Virus record (IMG/VR): IMGVR_UViG_3300048599_000807
Span: 1-46,315 of that record
DNA from: a virus
Lineage: Duplodnaviria > Caudoviricetes
Reading direction: 5' to 3' (one strand)
DNA length: 46,315 bases
Notes under the pieces: model-generated
What the model saw: only the letters and a program-made list of their open reading frames with translations
Databases searched by the model: none
What the model was told of the DNA's origin: nothing
Translations under genes and position numbers: made by a program
Shown here: positions 16,187 to 25,671 of the stretch, in pieces
Position numbering within the stretch: position 1 is the first letter of the stretch
How the letters are laid out: each line of letters opens with the position of its first letter

Positions 16187-16972
16187 ATGCGAGGTTTTTT
16201 GATTCTGGCGGGGCTACTGGCCCTTGCCGCTGGCTGTTCGTCGCAGGCAGACCCGTACCGCAAGGAAGTGAAGTACACCGAAAGCGACCTTGCCAACGCT
16301 CGCATCGAAGGCGCGGCGGCAATGTCTGAGATCATTAAGGAGCCGGAGGTTGCACCACCGCAGCCACCGGATGCCGGTTTCACTGGAGGCGAAGAGTACA
16401 TCGACGAAAAGGACATTCCTGCAGGCACGGAATTTGGCCGCTCGCTGCCGCGCGTGGTGATCGATGGCGTCAAGTTGAATCACGAGCGAGGTGGTGGGTT
16501 CGGCTACGTTGACGCGGTATTTGGGGCCGGCGCGATGTTCATCGACGTCGGGACTCACGAGCGCCAATTGTCGACGGGCTGTGACTACCGAGCCGATTCG
16601 AAGGACTTCAAGAACAAAGACGGCGACATTCTCGTGCAGTTCAAAGACGAGTCGCTGCAAATTATGCAAGGGGGCAAGTGGCGGCCGATTGAGACGGGCG
16701 ACCCTCTCCACGACAACGCCGCCAAATATCTGATTAAACGCGTTTCGCTCACACCCGACCGCTCCGCAGGCGTCGCACGCATCGGCGAGAGCAAGTATTG
16801 GGCGAAGTTCGAAGGCAAAGGTGGCTGGGTGATTGCCGACCCAGCGACGTTTCCTCATCTGCTGGCGGCGAAGGCCAACCGAGAAGCCGAACTGATTCGC
16901 GATAACAACCTGAGCGAGAACTGGCGCGACCGTCGGCCGCAAACCGTTCAAGTTGCCCCCTCTGCCCCCTAA
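16187..16972 (+). CDS. Lipoprotein of unknown function
   Basis: MRGFLILAGLLALAAG-C lipobox. Confidence 0.75.
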   Translation: MRGFLILAGLLALAAGCSSQADPYRKEVKYTESDLANARIEGAAAMSEIIKEPEVAPPQPPDAGFTGGEEYIDEKDIPAGTEFGRSLPRVVIDGVKLNHERGGGFGYVDAVFGAGAMFIDVGTHERQLSTGCDYRADSKDFKNKDGDILVQFKDESLQIMQGGKWRPIETGDPLHDNAAKYLIKRVSLTPDRSAGVARIGESKYWAKFEGKGGWVIADPATFPHLLAAKANREAELIRDNNLSENWRDRRPQTVQVAPSAP

Positions 16973-16987
16973 CAGGTTGTTTGCCTG

Positions 16988-18883
16988 ATGCACTGGTTGC
17001 TAGTTCTCTTCGCGTTCGCCCAATTGGAAGCCGCCCCGCCGGCCTTGCCCAAGGTGCGCCGCGACCTGAAACCAGGGAGCGAGGTGGCCACGCGCTACGA
17101 CGGGGTGAAACTGGCCCTGCGCGATACCCAGCACCTCGAGCAAGAGCACGAGGATCCGGGCCTGACCCGCTATGTGTTCATCCCGCCAAACATCGAGCCG
17201 GCCAGCGGCTTTCAGCAGGTAGCCCATATCGTCAATTCGACGATCACGCGGACCGCAGCCCGGCCGCAGCCCCGGCTGCTGCTCGACGAAGAGCGGGGCA
17301 CGGCCGTGGTGGCCGTCGACCTGGCCCATTGGGCGGGGAACGAATCGCAGATCGGCGAGCTCGTCGGGCTATGGGAGCGGCTGGCCGAGCGAGATTCATT
17401 TTTCAACGCGAAGGTGATCATTGCCGGCGACCAGGTGATCGAGGTCACCGAAGAGTTGCGGGCCGGGCTGGCCGTTGAAATCAAACTGAAAGATGGGACC
17501 TGGGGCAAAGCGACGTTCAAGAGCCGCAAGGGCTCGTTGCTATCGTGTGAATATGACGGCCGGCTGGTCGACCTGGTGGCCGAGAACGTGCGGCCGATCG
17601 CCAAGCCCACCGCACCCCTGCCCGTCGTGCGGAAAACATTCACGGCCGAACCGTACCTCAATCCGGAAGGGACGGCCCTGTTTGATATCACTCGCTCGAA
17701 TGTTCCGATCTTGCAGCTCGACGAGTTCGTCGCGGCGGCATTCTCGACGGTGAACGGCGGCCTGTATTACGAACTGGCCGGCGTGGAAAAGAACCTGGGG
17801 GACACCGTCGCGAAGTTTGCCGGCGCGGATGCCGCCAAGAAGGTGTTGAGGCAAACGGCCGTGATGCGACTGGCCGGCGAGCAGGTTCGCAAGCCGGGCG
17901 AGGCTCGATCGATTTTTCAGATTGCCGGCGAGTTCGACCAGGAACTGGCCAAAACCAAATGGGTGATGAACGAATCGAACGTCACCCGTCGCCAGCGGTC
18001 GGGCGTGTTCGTCGCTGGGGCCAACATTGCGCCGGCCGAGGGCCCGCAGCTCGTCGCCGTGACGTTTGACCTGGCCGAGGACAACGTATCGCCCGACGCC
18101 GATCCGCAGCGGCAGTTGTCGGTGTACGAAACCTACAACGGTGGCGAGGCCATTCTGGCCATGCCGAATGGCATGCTGCTCTATCTCGTGTTCGACGCCA
18201 ACGACAACATCATCGCCAGCGTGCCCGACACGGTGGCCTGGGACAGCAAAGCCACGTCGGTGCGCACGAACGCCGGCACGGTCCGCGTATTCAGCGGCGC
18301 GTCGTGCATGAACTGTCACGACGATACGCCCCGCAATTGGGGCTGGCAGCCGGTGCGAAACGACGTCGCGGAGGATTTTCGCAGCCTTGCGCACATCCTG
18401 GGGGACCGGCCCAAGAAGGGGACCAAGGCGTTTGACAAGCTGCAGGAGATTCAGCGGCTGGCGTCGGCCTATGCCGGCGACGATATCCAACTGGCCGCCA
18501 TGCTCGATCAGTCGCGGCTGAGCTATCAGCGGGCCGTTGACCTGGCCACCGGCGCCAAGGGGAGCGCCCCGGTCAACGCCGGGATCGCCGATAGCTACTG
18601 GTCGCACTGGTATGACGCCGTGTGGCCGGAGGACATTGTTCGCGACCTGGGGCAGGTGATGGCCCGGAAGGATGCCCAGGCCTTTCTGGTGAAACACATC
18701 GCGCCGAATCCCGACGCGGAGATCCCCGAACTGTTTCGCGAAGATCGCGTGATTGCTCGCGCGAAAGATGGCAAGAGCCTCACCCCTGCCCAGTACCGTG
18801 CGATCGCTCCGGAAATTGCCGAGCGATTTCTGTTTTCCCAAGCCAATCACCCCGACCCCGTTCTGGAAGGAATGAAGCCATGA
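16988..18883 (+). CDS. Exported protein with a CxxCH heme-attachment motif and SH3/Tudor-like insert
   Basis: Hydrophobic N-terminus; GGEAILAMPNGMLLY...SGASCMNCH (motif at 18305-18319). Confidence 0.7.
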   Translation: MHWLLVLFAFAQLEAAPPALPKVRRDLKPGSEVATRYDGVKLALRDTQHLEQEHEDPGLTRYVFIPPNIEPASGFQQVAHIVNSTITRTAARPQPRLLLDEERGTAVVAVDLAHWAGNESQIGELVGLWERLAERDSFFNAKVIIAGDQVIEVTEELRAGLAVEIKLKDGTWGKATFKSRKGSLLSCEYDGRLVDLVAENVRPIAKPTAPLPVVRKTFTAEPYLNPEGTALFDITRSNVPILQLDEFVAAAFSTVNGGLYYELAGVEKNLGDTVAKFAGADAAKKVLRQTAVMRLAGEQVRKPGEARSIFQIAGEFDQELAKTKWVMNESNVTRRQRSGVFVAGANIAPAEGPQLVAVTFDLAEDNVSPDADPQRQLSVYETYNGGEAILAMPNGMLLYLVFDANDNIIASVPDTVAWDSKATSVRTNAGTVRVFSGASCMNCHDDTPRNWGWQPVRNDVAEDFRSLAHILGDRPKKGTKAFDKLQEIQRLASAYAGDDIQLAAMLDQSRLSYQRAVDLATGAKGSAPVNAGIADSYWSHWYDAVWPEDIVRDLGQVMARKDAQAFLVKHIAPNPDAEIPELFREDRVIARAKDGKSLTPAQYRAIAPEIAERFLFSQANHPDPVLEGMKP

Positions 18884-19884
18884 AGTCGAGATTGCTCATG
18901 GCGCTGGCCCTGGTGGCCGGTGCCTGTCTCAGTTTGCTGCCCGCCGCTCACGCGCAATATGCCGGCTGTTACGGTGGCTATTGCCCGCCGCAGACCTATG
19001 CGAAGAGCTACGGCGGTTACAGCGGCCAGCGCTACTACAACACCAAGTCGGCCTGGGTGTATCGGCCGTGGCCCCAGGATGCAGGCTACTTCTATCACTA
19101 TTACACGGTCTACGATCACTGCGGGAACTGGGTCAACCACGACGATGGCTGGCTCTACACCTACCACGCCGGCTGTTATACGAAGCATTGCCGCATTAGC
19201 GAGTACGCCGGCAAACCCTCGCTGCAGCCGTCGCCGTACACGGATCCGCGGGGCTCGACCGAGGTGGGTTACTACGGACCGGACTATCAGGCCGCGCAGA
19301 AATATCCCTTGCTGCTGATCCCCGGCGTGCTCGCGCAAAAGAACCTGCCAGGCACGATTGACCCGCGCGACATTCTGGCCCCGTTCACGCCCACCGATCA
19401 GGCCCGGCAGCAGTTTGCGGAACGATCGCACGCGTCGGCCACCGAACTGGCCCTCAAGATTGCCCAAGGGGAGCAGGCCAAAGAGCTCGAACAGATCCGA
19501 GGCCGCAACGCCCTGGCCCGCGAGATTCAGGCCCATCAGAACGACGAGCGGTTTCTGGCTGAGATTAAGGAGTTTTTCGCCGTGCGCCGGCAGCAAGCGA
19601 CGATCGACGCTGGGGCGGTCGGCGCGTCGCGGTCGGTAATCAACGTGGGCAATCCCAAGCTCGCGGAGTTGATCAACGCACGGTGCATCAGTTGCCACGG
19701 CCCAGGCAAGGCCGATGGCGGCTTGAACTTCGCCGAAGTCACGGCGTCGAACCGGGCTGTGTGGCAAAAGAGCTATCGCAAATGTGCCACCGGCGAAATG
19801 CCCAAGGGTGGCGAACCGCTCAAGAACGACGAACTAGACCTGTTCGACGAGCAGTATCAATTCGCGCTCAAGTCGAGCGGATAA
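18880..19884 (+). CDS. Exported Tyr/Gly-rich protein with C-terminal planctomycete-type cytochrome c domain
   Basis: Signal peptide ending AHA; RCISCHGPGKADGGL...GEMPKGGEPL (CxxCH plus distal Met). Confidence 0.78.
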   Translation: MKSRLLMALALVAGACLSLLPAAHAQYAGCYGGYCPPQTYAKSYGGYSGQRYYNTKSAWVYRPWPQDAGYFYHYYTVYDHCGNWVNHDDGWLYTYHAGCYTKHCRISEYAGKPSLQPSPYTDPRGSTEVGYYGPDYQAAQKYPLLLIPGVLAQKNLPGTIDPRDILAPFTPTDQARQQFAERSHASATELALKIAQGEQAKELEQIRGRNALAREIQAHQNDERFLAEIKEFFAVRRQQATIDAGAVGASRSVINVGNPKLAELINARCISCHGPGKADGGLNFAEVTASNRAVWQKSYRKCATGEMPKGGEPLKNDELDLFDEQYQFALKSSG

Positions 19885-20081
19885 CCGATCAGCCCTGGGT
19901 AGGAGAGGCCTGGGGTGAGGCCGTTCGCCGTGACGCCCGCTTGTTGTGGGCATCGCCCGTCACGGCAACGGTTTTTCAGTGTGCGAATGGCCCGTGCCCA
20001 CGTGAGTGGGACGGGCTTGCGGCAGTAGTGGACCGAATTTCGGGACTCGCTTGATTCAGGTTTAGTTATGGAGGTTGTGTC

Positions 20082-20399
20082 ATGGGTGGTTTGCTCATTG
20101 GATTGTTGGCGCTGTGCTCGCTGATCCTGGTTGCGTTCGTCTACCGCTCGCGGAGTAGCAATCAGCAGCACAGCAAGGGGCGCGTGGTGCGTCGCTTCGC
20201 TGGTGGCGTCGCCGTTCTTTTCGCTCTGCTAATGCTGTGCGCCACGGCGGAGGCGACCGGGCCACGCCCTCGCTCGCGAGACTTTAACGACGGATTCAAT
20301 GCCGGCGTGAGAGCCGCACGAGGGCACGGGCCGCGCAACGTAGGCCCGCAGTTTGAATTCCGCTTTGGCCCCCGCGGTCGGCTGCGGTCGATTCGCTAG
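20082..20399 (+). CDS. Small membrane protein with two hydrophobic segments and a basic tail
   Basis: GGAGG SD; LLIGLLALCSLILVAFVY and GVAVLFALLMLCA. Confidence 0.55.
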   Translation: MGGLLIGLLALCSLILVAFVYRSRSSNQQHSKGRVVRRFAGGVAVLFALLMLCATAEATGPRPRSRDFNDGFNAGVRAARGHGPRNVGPQFEFRFGPRGRLRSIR

Positions 20400-20485
20400 T
20401 CGCTTGCCTGGCCGACTCCCGCCGTGCAGTACGCTCCTGCCGGCGGGGGTTTCCCTTACTCACCTGCCTAGAAAGCACATCACGA

Positions 20486-20848
20486 ATGGACGCTGATGCC
20501 ATCGCCGGGCTGATCACCACGCTGATGAACCTGGCCGATCGGTACGGTATCGGAGCAGTGATCACAGTTGCGTTGATCATCGTGCTGCTCTGGCTGCGCC
20601 CTTACCTCGACCGTGCGTTCAACGCCCACATCACGCTAGTGCAAACCATGGCAGAGGAGTCGCCCAAGCAAACAGCAGCACTCGAACGGGTGGCTGAGGT
20701 GACCGAAGGCATGAAGGGTGAGAAGGCAGCACTGCACCACCTGTCAAAGGGCATCGAAGAGATACCCGCATGTGAGGATAGGCGGAAGGCAGTACGAGTG
20801 CACACACAGAACGCCCGCGACGCACTCAACAGGCATTCGGAAGGATGA
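20486..20848 (+). CDS. Holin-like single-TM protein with coiled-coil tail
   Basis: RYGIGAVITVALIIVLLWL then a helical soluble region; directly before the packaging region. Confidence 0.5.
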   Translation: MDADAIAGLITTLMNLADRYGIGAVITVALIIVLLWLRPYLDRAFNAHITLVQTMAEESPKQTAALERVAEVTEGMKGEKAALHHLSKGIEEIPACEDRRKAVRVHTQNARDALNRHSEG

Positions 20849-20875
20849 TATACACAACTCTTTACGAGTTATGGC

Positions 20876-20935
20876 GGGTCCTTCCCCGGGCCCCCCAGCA
20901 GGGGGCGAAAGCTTCATCGCCGGGGTTTTTTACGC
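20876..20935 (+). other. Lambda-like cos packaging site (cosQ-like GGGTCCT)
   Basis: GGGTCCT at 20876-20882, GC-rich segment, then CGGGGTTTTTT, upstream of GpA-type terminase genes. Confidence 0.55.
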
Positions 20936-20976
20936 ACGCTACATCAATTTTGGTAAGTAAGTAAGCGCGGCGCGAC

Positions 20977-21567
20977 ATGGCCAAACGCAAGATCCAAGCT
21001 GACCTGACCCACATCACGCCCGACCTGCGCGACCGGGCCGCGCTGATGGCCGAATTGCAGTTGGATCCCGCGAACGCGAAGAAACACCCCCAGACCTCGA
21101 TCGATTCCATTGCCGCGAGCCTCAAACGCTATGGCCAACGCAAGCCGATCGTGGTGCACGCCACCACGGGCGTGATCGAGGCCGGAAACGGCACGTTCCT
21201 GGCTGCTCGGCAGCTTGGATGGTTGCACATTGCAGTTGTCCGGGTCGACGACGACACCGCGGCGGCCGTTGGGTTTGCGGTGGCCGACAACCGCACGGCC
21301 GAATTCAGCCAGTGGGATGACGTGCAACTGGCCTTGGCCACGTCAACGATCGCCGAAACCGACTCCGAACTGGCCGATTTGCTGATGCTCAGCGACCTGG
21401 TGGCGGCCAACTCACCGCCCGACGAGCCTGCGGAATCGACCGGTTCGCGGGCCAAGGCGTCGAAGTACTCGATTCTGATCGAGTGCCGCGATGCCAAGCA
21501 TCAAAAGGCACTAAACAAACGTCTCAAGGCCGAGGGTTTTCCGGCGGCGAAGCTCCTCAAGGAATAG
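20977..21567 (+). CDS. ParB/Srx N-terminal domain protein
   Basis: DPANAKKH, IAASLKRYGQRKPIVV, IEAGNG, ADNRTAE. Confidence 0.85.
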   Translation: MAKRKIQADLTHITPDLRDRAALMAELQLDPANAKKHPQTSIDSIAASLKRYGQRKPIVVHATTGVIEAGNGTFLAARQLGWLHIAVVRVDDDTAAAVGFAVADNRTAEFSQWDDVQLALATSTIAETDSELADLLMLSDLVAANSPPDEPAESTGSRAKASKYSILIECRDAKHQKALNKRLKAEGFPAAKLLKE

Positions 21568-21589
21568 CGAGCCGGACCCACGTGTGTGA

Positions 21590-22228
21590 ATGTCGAATGC
21601 GCCGGCTGATCGAGCCAAACGAAGCCTGGAAGAGCGGGCCAAGGCCGCTGTTAAGAAACAGAACAGCGGGCAGCCCCTCACTGCGCGCGATAAGAAGGAC
21701 ATTGCCCGGTATCGTGAGCAGCACGAGGAATCGCTCCGCGCTCAGCACTATGCCACGGTCCCCAAGAAGCATTTCTGCGAAATGGCGGCCCGCCAGCATA
21801 AGCTGGTCGACGATCTGCACCGGAACTACGGCGCCCCGGTCAGCGGCAAAGAGGTGGATTTCTACCGGTTCGTACGCTGGGTGTTTGATTTCATCGCCGA
21901 GAACGGCCGCAAGCTGCTCAAACCGGAGGATGGCGACGATCTCCTCAGCGGCGAGGAAACACCGGAACTCGAGAAGCTGCGGCGGGTCAGCCGCGAAATC
22001 AAAGAGCACGAGCTCGGCGAACTGCGGCGGCAGCTATTGCAGCGCAACAAGGTCCACGACGGCCTCACCAAGGTTGCCGCGTCCCTGCGGAACTGCGGCG
22101 ACGCTTTGCAAAAGCAGTTCGGCCCGGATGCCCTCGACCTGTTGCATCAGCACCTCGACGAAATCGAAGCGGAGATCCTGGCAATCTGCGGGCCTGATCA
22201 ACCTGGCGAGGCAGGGGGCTCCGAATAG
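21590..22228 (+). CDS. Terminase small subunit (Nu1-like)
   Basis: Directly upstream of terL; HTH-like region ending FVRW, then coiled coil. Confidence 0.65.
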   Translation: MSNAPADRAKRSLEERAKAAVKKQNSGQPLTARDKKDIARYREQHEESLRAQHYATVPKKHFCEMAARQHKLVDDLHRNYGAPVSGKEVDFYRFVRWVFDFIAENGRKLLKPEDGDDLLSGEETPELEKLRRVSREIKEHELGELRRQLLQRNKVHDGLTKVAASLRNCGDALQKQFGPDALDLLHQHLDEIEAEILAICGPDQPGEAGGSE

Positions 22229-22231
22229 CGC

Positions 22232-24283
22232 ATGGTAATCGCTCCTGCCCGGCCCCGGCCCGCGACTCCGGAAGCGGAGGAATTCCGCTTTTTGCTGCGC
22301 AACTGCCGCGCGCAGCGACGTCGCACCATGCGCGAGTTTGCGGAACAAGAGATTTGGCTTCCCGCGTCCGGTCCGTTCCCGAATTTGCGGTACCGCTGCG
22401 AGCGCCAGCCCTACTCTGCCCTATATTTCGACCAGGTCGAAAAGATCCAGTTCGCCGGCTGGCGGGTGATCAGCGCCAGCGGTCCGTCGCAGTCGGGCAA
22501 AACGCTCACCTGCACAGTCATTCCGCTGCTGTATCACCTGTTTGAAATGCGGGAAACGGTGATCTTTGGGCTGCCTGATAAGGACATGGCGGCCGACAAG
22601 TGGTCGGTCGACATTCTGCCCGTGCTCGAGCGGACCAAATACATCGACCAGTTGCCCAAGAGCAACGGGCCCGGCTCGCGCGGTGGCCGCGTGGTCGACT
22701 CGATTCGTTTTCGCGACGGTCAAACGCTCAAGTTCATGTCGGCCGGCGGCGACGACAAGGAACGCTCGGCCTTCACTAGCCGGGTGCTGATCGTCACGGA
22801 AGTGAACGCGTTCCGCAAAATGGGCGAGGCCAGCCGCGAGGCCAACAAATACGCCCAGCTTTGCGCCCGCATTCAGGCGTTCGACGATCGGGGCATTATC
22901 TATCAGGAATGCACCGAAGAGGACGAAGAGAGCATCAGTTGGCAGGCCTATCAGCAGGGAACGACGAGCCGGATCGTGTCACCCTGCCCGCACTGCGGCC
23001 ACTTTGTCAGTCCCGACCGCGAGCAGCTCCGCGGCTGGCAAACCGCCAGCGACGAACTCGAGGCGAAGATGGCCGCCGCGTTCGTCTGCCCGCGTGAAGA
23101 GTGCGGCGAGGAAATCACGGATCCGCAGCGGCGCGAGATGCTGAAACGGGCCAAGCTCATCCACCGGGGCCAGTCGATCGACCAGGCCGGCAAAATCACG
23201 GGCGACCCGCCGCGCACCACCACACTCGGTTTCCGGTGGACTGCGTTCGACAACCTGCTGATGAAAACGGGAACGATCGCCGTCGAGGAATACAAGGCCG
23301 CGCGGGCCGTCGACGAGCAGTCGGCCGAAAAGAAAATGTGCCAGTTCTATTGGGCCCGCCCCTATCAACCCGACATTACGGAGGCCGTCATGCTGAACGC
23401 CAACGCCATCACCATGCGCACCATGCGCTGGGCTCGCGGCGTCATTCCCGCGGGGGCCAAGGCCCTGACCGTCGGCATCGATCTGGGTTTGCACCTGGGG
23501 CACTATCTCGTTGTTGCCTGGTTCGATGGCTTTGCCGGCCACGTGGTCGACTATGGGCGGTTCGATGTTCCCGGCCGCGACCTGGGGCCAGATCGGGCCA
23601 TCGAACTCGCCCTGCGGCAACTGCACGACACCACGCTCGCCGTCGGCTGGCGGCGTGAAGAGGACGGCGAGGCCGTCACGGCCGATATGTCGCTGATCGA
23701 CTGCGGCTACCAGCAGGACGCCGTGTTTCGCTTTCTCCACTCGCATCCCCCCGAGGTTCGCCAGCATTATCGCGCGGCCAAGGGGTACGGCGCCGGCAAG
23801 TTCCGGGCGGAGAGATACCGCAAGCCGAAATCCACCAGCAACGCGGTGCTCGCGATCGGCGAGGGCTACCACCTGGCCAAGTATGCGGACGCGAACTCGG
23901 TGGTGTTTGAATTCTCGGCCAACTTCTGGAAATCGTTTTTGCATGCCCGCCTGGCTACGGCCTTGCAGACGGGCGTGATCACTCCCGGCGCTCTGTCTCT
24001 GTTCGCCACGTCCCCGCGCGAGCACCTGACAATCGCCAAACACTTCACGGCCGAAAAACGGGTGATCGAGTACGTCGAGGGTGAGGGCAATCAGGAAGTG
24101 TGGCACCGCGTGCACAAGAACAACCACTGGCTCGACTGCGGCAGCCAAGCGACGGCTGCCGCTCACTGGCTGGGGCTGCGGTTCGTGCCGCCAGCGGCCG
24201 ATCCCACGGCGGAATCGCCCACCGAGGAAGGCATCACCATGCCGGACGGGCGGCCCTTCTATATCGGCGACCGTTACGAATAA
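22232..24283 (+). CDS. Terminase large subunit, lambda GpA family
   Basis: Walker A GPSQSGKT, CPHC/CPREEC Zn motif, LTVGID nuclease, IDCGY, NHWLDC. Confidence 0.93.
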   Translation: MVIAPARPRPATPEAEEFRFLLRNCRAQRRRTMREFAEQEIWLPASGPFPNLRYRCERQPYSALYFDQVEKIQFAGWRVISASGPSQSGKTLTCTVIPLLYHLFEMRETVIFGLPDKDMAADKWSVDILPVLERTKYIDQLPKSNGPGSRGGRVVDSIRFRDGQTLKFMSAGGDDKERSAFTSRVLIVTEVNAFRKMGEASREANKYAQLCARIQAFDDRGIIYQECTEEDEESISWQAYQQGTTSRIVSPCPHCGHFVSPDREQLRGWQTASDELEAKMAAAFVCPREECGEEITDPQRREMLKRAKLIHRGQSIDQAGKITGDPPRTTTLGFRWTAFDNLLMKTGTIAVEEYKAARAVDEQSAEKKMCQFYWARPYQPDITEAVMLNANAITMRTMRWARGVIPAGAKALTVGIDLGLHLGHYLVVAWFDGFAGHVVDYGRFDVPGRDLGPDRAIELALRQLHDTTLAVGWRREEDGEAVTADMSLIDCGYQQDAVFRFLHSHPPEVRQHYRAAKGYGAGKFRAERYRKPKSTSNAVLAIGEGYHLAKYADANSVVFEFSANFWKSFLHARLATALQTGVITPGALSLFATSPREHLTIAKHFTAEKRVIEYVEGEGNQEVWHRVHKNNHWLDCGSQATAAAHWLGLRFVPPAADPTAESPTEEGITMPDGRPFYIGDRYE

Positions 24284-24325
24284 CCAATCAGTTACGTTCT
24301 ATTTTGTCGAAAGGTAGTCACAACA

Positions 24326-25045
24326 ATGGCCAAGGCACAGGCAATCACAAAGCGCGGGGAGCTCGCAAAGTTGGCGCGGCACTTGGGGTTTCAGGGGAAT
24401 GACGAGGATCTAATCAACCTGCTGAACACGGCCCAGGACTCGCGCGATGCCAACGGCAAACCCAACGCGGAGGCGTTCATTCGCGAATGGCTGGGGCAGC
24501 CGTCCGACCAAAATGTTGATCCCAACAAAATGGTTCCCGACGAGAAACCCGCCGGCATCGTCCACCCAATCGGCAAAGGGGATCATCCGGCCGACATATC
24601 CGACGTCCAGGCGCAATTGCAAGAGGAAACGGCGAATCTGCGCAGCAACGTCGAGACGATGGGCGACAAGATGGACGTGGCGAGCGGCCAGCCAATCGTG
24701 CTCGACATGCAAGGCCTCGAATTGCTCCCCGACCTGACCGCCGTCCACTGCACTGGCCACCGCACTCGGCAGGTGGTGATGCAATTGACACGCAATCCCG
24801 TGGTCCGCGAAGTGGTCACCCGCTTGCGGCATCACCTGCACGAGAACCACGCCAAAATCGCCAACGGCCGCCACGTCGACGATCCGAATCAGGCGGTGAT
24901 CTGGCTGCTCGAATGGTATGGCCGGCTGATGGGGATCACGGCCGAAAGCCTGCGACGCCCCGCGGCCGATCTTGCAGACTTTGCGGGGCAGCGCGCCGTT
25001 AGTGATCAGCTCACCGCGACCTTGGCTCCCACCGGTGCCGAGTAA
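24326..25045 (+). CDS. Hypothetical protein
   Basis: 239 aa with AAAGGT SD; C-terminal NGRHV...AVIWLLE. Confidence 0.65.
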   Translation: MAKAQAITKRGELAKLARHLGFQGNDEDLINLLNTAQDSRDANGKPNAEAFIREWLGQPSDQNVDPNKMVPDEKPAGIVHPIGKGDHPADISDVQAQLQEETANLRSNVETMGDKMDVASGQPIVLDMQGLELLPDLTAVHCTGHRTRQVVMQLTRNPVVREVVTRLRHHLHENHAKIANGRHVDDPNQAVIWLLEWYGRLMGITAESLRRPAADLADFAGQRAVSDQLTATLAPTGAE

Positions 25046-25248
25046 TGGCGGGCCGCGCGGCGCACCGGAGCCGTTACGTGGAACAGATCGACCGGGCGAA
25101 GGATCGGCTGCGCCGCGAGCGATTCGCCAGCCTGCAACAGAAGTCGCTGCGCAGCGATCGCAATCGCGTGCAGCGGCAACACCGGTTCGAGGGTAGTTTT
25201 CGCCTCTGCTGGTCCGGTCGGGGCTGGCTGAGGCCGATTTACGGGTAG
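25045..25248 (+). CDS. Small basic hypothetical protein
   Basis: TAATG coupling with the upstream gene. Confidence 0.4.
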   Translation: MAGRAAHRSRYVEQIDRAKDRLRRERFASLQQKSLRSDRNRVQRQHRFEGSFRLCWSGRGWLRPIYG

Positions 25249-25343
25249 CAGGTCACCAGTTGGCCGAAATAACGGGGAATCATGCCCGTTACTTCCGTTG
25301 CGCCCTATCGTCGGCACGGCTGGCTGTGGCAGATTCGCACGCC

Positions 25344-25652
25344 ATGCCACTCGACGCCAGTTCAACCCGCCGCGAAGTTCTCGACGCGTATCACAACAAC
25401 GCCGCGTACGAAGAGAACGAATCGCTCGCGCAAGCCAGGGCGTTCGTATCAGCGTGTCGACACTTGCTCAGCCCCCGTCACAACGTCAAGCGTTCGGTGC
25501 ACGGTGGGAGAGCAGAGGAAGTCGAGTTGGATTTGACGTTGATCGAACGGCAAATGCTCGCCGCCCAGCACTGGGCGGCTGGGTATCATGCATTCGACTC
25601 CGGCAGCAGCGTCGTGCACGCCGATTTTTCCATTGACGACATGCGCGGTTAG
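25344..25652 (+). CDS. Putative head-completion protein (gpW position)
   Basis: About 102 aa immediately before the portal. Confidence 0.55.
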   Translation: MPLDASSTRREVLDAYHNNAAYEENESLAQARAFVSACRHLLSPRHNVKRSVHGGRAEEVELDLTLIERQMLAAQHWAAGYHAFDSGSSVVHADFSIDDMRG

Positions 25653-25671
25653 CCCCTTTCCCTGAAGAGCC

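Noticed and set aside
16187-16972. Lipoprotein as o-spanin/u-spanin
   Set aside because: 261 aa, no C-terminal TM segment and no nested or adjacent coiled-coil i-spanin; left as unknown
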